From: Octopus vulgaris
Lineage: Eukaryota
DNA: 64,000 nt
Assembly: GCA_951406725.2 (NCBI GenBank)
Contig: OX597826.1
Span: forward strand, 11,470,001 to 11,534,000
Direction: 5' to 3'
Notes under the pieces: model-generated
The model's database searches: none
What the model was told of the DNA's origin: nothing
Seen by the model: the letters and a program-made list of their open reading frames with translations, nothing else
Shown: positions 55,797 to 64,000 of the stretch, one piece after another
Layout of the letters: each line of letters starts with the position of its first letter
How positions within the stretch are numbered: position 1 is the stretch's first letter
Position numbers and translations under genes: made by a program

Positions 55797-55833
55797 CTAT
55801 TGAAAAGGTTGCAAGAGGCAACGAAAATTTTAG
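55797..55833 (+). ncRNA. Minimal hammerhead ribozyme, U3-A8 variant (element continues to ~55990)
   Basis: cta-TTGAAAA-G-GTTGC-aagag-GCAAC-GAA-AATT-T-tag. Confidence 0.62.
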
Positions 55834-57041
55834 GAAAATAAAAATAAGAAATAAGTGGAAATTTTACCACTGAGTGTGTTAAATTTAAAAGCCACAAAAC
55901 GAAAATGACTCTCCCTAGACACAACAGAATATGCTTCAACACACGAACTCATATAAAGAATCTTGCAAACCAAATCCAAAAACGAAATATTTGGGGGAAT
56001 TGTTCAGAAAGGGCGCTAACTCAGGTTACTTCCCACAGATTTTGCTCACACAGCCCCTTGTTACTGTACTTCCCAATCCATGTTAATATTCTGGTCAAGC
56101 ATAACTATTCTAGTTTTTATTTAGATTACTTGTTCAGAGAAAGTGAAATCTTAGTTGGAATAAAATACTTTGAATGCTTTGTGATGTGTCGAAGGAAACT
56201 GAATCTAATTAAACAGATCAATGAAATGCCATGTAATTTATTAAACCTGCTTGAAAAGTCCGTTGAAAGAACATGATTAGATCTGGGGACTTTGAAGATT
56301 TTAGGATTTTATATTTCTGGTCTCAAAATAATTCCAGGCAATGCTCTAAGATAGGGAACTGTTACAGTAAAAGCCTGATACATACTTGGAAGAATGCTAA
56401 GAAATGTCTTTAATAACAGCCCTACTAGCACAAAGCTTGTGTGTCGATTCTTCAGGTATGACACGTATACAGCAAAAGGAATGTTGTCAAGCGGTGGTAA
56501 TAGACATGAAGATCACACATACACACACACGATGGGCTTCTTTCAGTTTCCGTCTATCAAATCAACTCACAAGGGTTTATAGAAGACACTTACCCAAGGT
56601 GCCACATTGAGAGATTGAACTCGGAACCATGTGGTTAGAAATCAAGTTTCTTACCACACAGCCACACTTGAGCCTGTATGATTCTATTTGATATTTTGCT
56701 CCTTAAAGCGGTAGGCCATTTTATAATATTCATTCATTTGAATTTATTTCCCGAAAAAATGTGAGTATCCATACAATACATTTAATTTTAGTCTTTGTTC
56801 TGATGAATTTATTTCCCCTTAAGAAAACTAGAAAAAACTGAGTTGTGTCTTAACCGTTTTCTCTGATAAGAAAGACGCATACTATAAGAGAAGAAGGATT
56901 ACAAGACCCCTCTTCCTCTGCTAATGACTGTGCATGTAGCATATGAAACAAACATTGATGTTTTAAAATCTAGAGTATAATACGGTTATTTATTTTAATA
57001 TAGTTATATTTAATATATTATCTAGTTTATTTCTATATTTA

Positions 57042-57301
57042 GATGCTTGGAGTGGCTGTGTGGTAAGTAGCTTGCTTACCAACCACATGGTTCCGGGTTC
57101 AGTTCCACTGCGTAGCACCTTGGGCAAGTGTCTTCTACTATAGCCTCAGGCTGACCAAAGCCTTGTGAGTGGATTTGGTAGATGGAAACTGAAAGAAGCC
57201 CGTCATATACATGTATATATATATATGTATGTGTGTGTATATGTTTGCTTGTCTGTGTTCGTCCCCCCGATATCGCTTAACAACCGATGATGATGATGAT
57301 G

Positions 57302-57360
<59 letters not shown>

Positions 57361-57556
57361 TGTGTCTGTGTTTGTACCCCCAACATTGCTTGACAACCGA
57401 TGCTGGTGTGTTGATGTACTCGTAACTTAGAGGTTCGGCAAAAGAGACCGATAGAATAAGTACTAGGCTTACAAAGAATAAGTCCTGGGGTCAATTTGCT
57501 CGACTAAAGGCAGTGCTCCAGCATGGCCACAGTCAAATGGCTGAAACAAGTAAAAG
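57042..57556 (+). mobile_element. Family A SINE with duplicated internal microsatellite-tail junction
   Basis: The cccc..at(c/t)gctt(a/g)acaaccgatg segment occurs twice around a (TG)n tract. Confidence 0.88.
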
Positions 57557-58421
57557 ATTTTAAAAAAAAGAGTACACGTATTCTAATTAACTCTATCCAT
57601 AAACGTTGAGTATAATACATGAGGGTGTGTATATGTGCCTATGAAATATATGTTCAGTTGAACATCTAAATATCCTGGAAATAGCATAATTTATATATGC
57701 AGATGTTGATATAGATATCTGCATAAATCTTCAGATTTACCAGATAGTTTAAGTTTCATTTTTTTTTTTTTTTTTGGCATATGGAATCGCCGGCGGAGGA
57801 AGAACGGTCTTGTAATGATACACATTGAATCACAAATACGCAGTTTGTAGAAGCTCAGTAGATTTTTATTTCGGCTTTTATGTATTTATTCATTTCTGTT
57901 TTTGCGAAAGTAATGAAACTACGGAACAGGCAGGAACGTCGAAATATAAGTGTAATATATGCATACTCACAGCAGCTTTCAGTAGATAAATGTGAATAAA
58001 TTAACATTATAAAGTGCTCTACTGCTTTAAAAAAAAGGCCTAGATCTTAGACGAAAGCTTTGCAATATATACAATGCTATATATTAATGATGCATGAATG
58101 TTAATGCCATCAATATATCTATCTCCCGAGATTGGTTGTTGTCTGTCTATCTTTATATTTGTATAGATGTCCAGTTATTCGCCCATCTGTCCGTTTGTCT
58201 GTCAGTTTGTTGCTTTGCCTGTCAATTATTTGCATATCTATCAGCCGGTTTGTATAATCATCTGTTCAAGTAGAACACACACCAACTCGCACACACTTAC
58301 ACACTCACACACACACACGCACACACACACGCACTTATAGGCATACAAATGTCTTTCTATGTATGCATGTATGTATGTATGTATGTATCCATCTATCTAT
58401 CTATCTCCTCATCCATCCCCC

Positions 58422-58484
<63 letters not shown>

Positions 58485-58679
58485 CATCTATCTATCTATC
58501 TATCTATCTATCCATCTATCTATCTATCCATCTATCTATCTATCTATCTATCTTTCCATCTATCTTCTCTATCTATCTTCTCTATCCATCTATCTTCTCT
58601 ATCTATCTATCCATCCATCCATCCATCCATCCATCATCCATCCATCCATCATCTATCTGTCTATCTATCTATCTGTCTG

Positions 58680-58752
<73 letters not shown>

Positions 58753-59124
58753 TTAACTACATACATATGTACGTGTGTATGCGTGCGTATGTGTATGTGC
58801 TTGTGTGTGTGCTTTTGTGTGTGTATATCCATCTACCGCTTTGTCCGTAAAACAATCCTCTCTTATTCTGTTCGCCCAGCCATCCCATCTTTTGTCTACA
58901 AATCTACAGACACACTGACACACACGCACACACAGACACACACACACAATGCATACGGAAATATACGGAAGTAGCCATCTTCCCTACATATTTCTCTGTC
59001 AAATAAACTATCAGTCCAGATACACACACAAGCACATGCTCAAACACACACATGCATAGACGTACATACACTCCGCAACTTTCATGTACATATACACATG
59101 CACAAATGCATATGTGTGTGTGTA

Positions 59125-59194
<70 letters not shown>

Positions 59195-59253
59195 CTAGGG
59201 ACAATTTCTTCTATTATATATATATCCCTTCTCGGGATCTTTCCTTCTCCTTT

Positions 59254-59288
59254 GTTTCTGACAAAGAGCTCCGCTCGAAACGTTAAAC
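59254..59288 (+). ncRNA. Decayed minimal hammerhead (G8A) in element 59225-59388 between TA tracts
   Basis: gttt-CTGACAA-A-GAGC-tcc-GCTC-GAA-ACGT-T-aaac; downstream ttcctgagcg...taatac shared with the A6U family. Confidence 0.6.
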
Positions 59289-59384
59289 CCTCCTTCTTCC
59301 CTTCTTTCCTGAGCGTCCAATAATACTTTATTTGTTCCACGTCCTCGCGTTGCTGTGTTTTTTTTTGTGTTTTCTTGTTTGGAT

Positions 59385-59427
<43 letters not shown>

Positions 59428-61364
59428 CAATATGCACACACACACACGCACACACATACGCACCTAACCCCAAAGACCCACCCACCCACATACACACTCA
59501 CATGCACTCACACACTCACACACATGCGCACACAGACACATAAACACAATTACATGCACCCACATACACATATAAATGTCTGCAAGAACTCAACTGACAG
59601 TTTTATGAGAAATTTTACGACGAATTTGTATGGACATGCATCGAAATTCTTTTTTGCATTGTTATGACTAATATTCGTTTTCTTCTGTTTAGATTCTGAT
59701 ATACCACCCGGTAACGCTCGTTTCGAGGGGTACGGATTATTGCTCACTCTGAGGGTGGATGTCCAAGCGATGAATGCATAAGAATAGCGAAATACATGTT
59801 TCTACTGTTAAGAATAATTGCCCAAACTACAATATATTGAATCGCAACGCAGTCAACCTAGGCCAGTGGTTCTCAACTATGGTCCCTATACGGTTTTGGG
59901 GGTCCACACAAGCAAAGTAGTAATTTTGGGATTCTCAGTAGTATTTTAAGGGTCTATGAAAACAGTTTTGCTTTAGGTATATTTATTGTAATAAACAACT
60001 AGGTTTTGTTTCTCTAACATTTTACATTTCTATCTTTGACGACAAATGTGTAGCAATAATCTAAAGTAAACTTGGAATCGGAAAACCTATTGAAAACTTT
60101 TCCCATTTAAGAAGAGGATCATAGTGGCAGAGAATTTTAAAAAGTATGGCAGTAAACAACCTTTGTTTATGGGTATTAGAAAATTAGATATACATCCATG
60201 GAATATGATGATCTATATCACACAATAAAAAGACAAAAATGGAAGTTGCAAAGTAGTTTAAATTAATTTCTTTGATCGAGTTATTTCTTCAATAATAAAT
60301 ACTGGACTGCATTTTGTCCAGTTCCCTACAGATTCTGCCAATCCAACAACCTTCACTACCCTAATATCGGTTTTAAAATTTTGGCAGCGATTTGGGGGAG
60401 GGTGTAAGTCGATGATATCAACCTAAGTGCTCAATTGGTACTTGCTTAATCTACCCCGAAAGGCTGAAAGGTAAAGTCGACCCTGATGGTACTCACTACT
60501 TTATGTTAGTTTCAAATTTTGTGGCAAGGCCAGCAGTTTCGGCAAGGGGATTAATCGATTACATCGATCCCATGGTTCAACTGATACTTATTTTATCGAC
60601 CCCGATGTGATGGAAGACAAAGTCGACCCTGGAGGTACTCACTACTCTTATATTAAGAAGAACAATGAGCAACATAGATAACAAATATCCAGCGTATTTT
60701 TCCTGACTAGTTTGATTTACTCTGCCTTTAGAACAGGACAAGTATAATGTTGGGAATCACCGAGTTAATTGTTTAGTATAAAGACATCACAGCCAATAGC
60801 TATGGTTTAGTGAGTCATTTCGAACACTCAGAGATCAGATTTGCTTCAGTATGTTAATAATATGAACTTAGAAAACCTACATAAAACCTACATTTCAGTC
60901 TTTGAGGACAAATGTATGACAATAATCTGAAGTGATCAAACTGGAAAATTTAGATATATATCCATGGAATATGACGATCTATATCACACAATAAAACGAG
61001 GAAAATGGAAGCTGCAAGGTAATTTAAAATAGTTTCTTTGATCAAGTCAGTTCCTTGACCTAAACGCATAAATTAATGCCTTGTAGGAACCCCGTACGGC
61101 TGAAACTGGAAAACTATTTATGTAAATATTTTTCTAAATAATAGAAAAAAAAGTTACATCAGAGGTGGCCATAAAAACTCAAGCAACATATTTGCAACTC
61201 ATTAATTCTATGCCTAAACATGTTCCTGATATTCGGGGAGCCCTAGCAATGGCAAAAATTTATTCATTCTTAAACAAAAATTGTTCAAGAGTTATTCTTT
61301 CGTACTCTAAATTTTTAAATAAATTGTTACAATAAAACAATGGCTTCTGTTTATTTCTTGCATG

Positions 61365-61407
<43 letters not shown>

Positions 61408-61769
61408 CACTCCTTTTTCTTACCGTCTCTGTCTTTCTCTGTCTTTATACACATATGTATATACGTATATCCTTTTGTGTACGTGCGTGTGTATTTTAAC
61501 ACACACACACACACACACACATACACACACACACATACACATATATATATGCATATATATATAAACATATATATATAAGTATATATATATGCATATATAT
61601 ATAAATGTATATATATAAATGTCTATATATATATATATGTAAATATATATATATATATATATGCATATATGTATATGTATATATATATATGTATATGTAT
61701 GTATATGTATGTATATGTATAAATATGTATGTATATATGTATGTATGTATGTATGTATCTCTCTCTCTC

Positions 61770-61873
<104 letters not shown>

Positions 61874-62163
61874 GTTAGCTCGCCACCTCACACCAGAAAT
61901 TTATTTTATAAAGGAACTGAGCATAGACTGAAATAGATTAAGATATGGAATTTATGTTGTTGTTTAGCACCGGCACAACGAGTCCAAAATGGTTCTTGCA
62001 GTAATCTTCGAAGCATAATTTGTGACATTATATCTGAGAATGCGTTCACCAACATTTACTTAAAATGGTTGAATAAAATTGGAGAATATTTGCTGGACGT
62101 TTCTTGTAGATGGAGCGAACACATTGAGATACGATATATATATATATATATGTTTATATGTAC

Positions 62164-62234
<71 letters not shown>

Positions 62235-62425
62235 TGTGTGTGTGCATGTATTAATAGTAAGAGTAACTGAAGGTCTGAGAGTTTCCTGCGCTGGCATTTA
62301 TCAAAATTTGATAATAGCCAACGCACGAAACTCTCGGTTTCTTCTGCTAAATATTAATAAAAAATATATATATATTTATATTTTGAGTGCTATCTCTCCC
62401 GTTTACATTAACATACCTATATATA

Positions 62426-62517
<92 letters not shown>

Positions 62518-62543
62518 CACACACATATATATATATATACATA

Positions 62544-62637
<94 letters not shown>

Positions 62638-62710
62638 GGTAGGTATTGATAGAAAAGGTAAGGCAACAAGAGAATGAAAAAGACCTCGATATTATGTAAA
62701 AAGAGGAATT

Positions 62711-62877
62711 TATCTGTAAATATAATATGTGACAATTATCGGTAGCCATGATAAAACTCCGAGTTTCGATGGCCCAATAACTGAAGGCATTGCTGCATGG
62801 GTTTCCGCCCCCGACATCCGAAACTCGGAGTTTTATCATGGTTACCGAATAATTGTCACATATTATATTTACAGATA
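62711..62877. mobile_element. Fold-back element with ~60-bp arms, abutting (TATG)n
   Basis: tatctgtaaatataatatgtgacaattatcggtagccatgataaaactccgagtttcg and its reverse complement at 62819-62877. Confidence 0.8.
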
Positions 62878-62882
62878 CATAC

Positions 62883-62913
<31 letters not shown>

Positions 62914-63409
62914 TGTATGTATGTAGGTATGTATGTATGTTATGTATGTATGTATGTATGTATGTGTGAATGCGGAAATGAGCTAAGGGACATAACTCAG
63001 AATGACCAGTCGTGTATTTGACCAACAACAACGAATATGAGCGCATTAAATGACAGACAAGATAAAGTTTGGATTTAAAACAAAAAATTTATCTTCGCTT
63101 CCAGAGAGTTCACACGAAATGCCTGATGGCTGTAATTGAAAGAGTAAAGAATTGTTCCGAAATTGACATTGCATAAATGGATTGTTTGGTTTCCTGAAGT
63201 CAAGAGGGCAATCCGGTGTCTAATGTGTGTGTGTGTGAGAGAGAGAGAGAGGGGGGGAGGGAGAGGGAAAGAGAAAGTTGGAGACAGGAAGACAGAGGTA
63301 GAATGACAGACAGACGGAGAGACACAGAGAAATATAAAGAGAAACACAGAAGGAGAGATAGAGTGATAGAGATAGAAAGATAGATAGATAGATAGATAGA
63401 TACAGAGAA

Positions 63410-63442
<33 letters not shown>

Positions 63443-63569
63443 CAGTACTAGTGTGTGTGTGTGTGTGTGTGTACGTACGCGCAAGTATATTTGTGTATGT
63501 TTAGCTAAATAATCCAGACAAGTGTGTATATTCTCATGGATACACTGATTATAGATCACTGTCAAATGG

Positions 63570-64000
63570 TACATACATACATACATTCATACATGCATGC
63601 ATACATACATACATACATACATACATACATACATACATACATACATACATACATGCATGCATACATACATACATACATGCATGCATACATACATACATAC
63701 ATACATACATACATGCATGCATGCATGCATACATACATACATACATTCATACATACATGCATACATACATACATACATACATGCATGCATACATACATAC
63801 ATACATACATACATACATACATACATGCATGCATGCATGCATACATACATACATACATACATACATACATACATACATGCATGCATGCATGCATGCATGC
63901 ATACATACATACATACATACATTCATACATACATGCATGCATGCATACATACATACATACATACATACATACATACATACATACATGCATACATACATAC
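63570..64000. repeat. (CATA)n/(CATG) microsatellite array
   Basis: Direct inspection. Confidence 0.95.

Noticed and set aside
59706-59762. Minus-strand GAAACGAGCGTT hammerhead-like half
   Set aside because: No credible CUGANGA-type core; stem II is only 3 bp

Overview
AT-rich eukaryotic non-coding DNA packed with (TA)n/(CA)n/(TATG)n/(CTAT)n microsatellites and tRNA-derived SINEs. The repeat repertoire resembles an Octopus (cephalopod) genome; this is inference from recalled repeat families, not a database match. No intact host protein-coding gene is evident, and almost all listed ORFs are translated microsatellites or SINEs. Recognisable transposon remnants: a full-length decayed mariner (19110-20377), an internally deleted mariner (53487-54046), a decayed FLYWCH-MULE (13851-16126), two RTE LINE 3' fragments, hAT-type elements and MITEs. 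The most striking hidden signal is a set of short elements, mostly abutting microsatellites, that carry minimal type-I hammerhead ribozyme (HHR) motifs of the kind associated with Penelope-like elements (palindromic stem III). Within this one window the catalytic core occurs as canonical C3-G8, as U3-A8 and G3-C8 compensatory variants, and as a three-copy A6U variant. One ~250-bp palindrome carries a complete HHR on each strand. A ~9-kb SINE-free central region (about 29.3-38.4 kb) looks regulatory or promoter-like. Coordinates were counted by eye; SINE boundaries are approximate.
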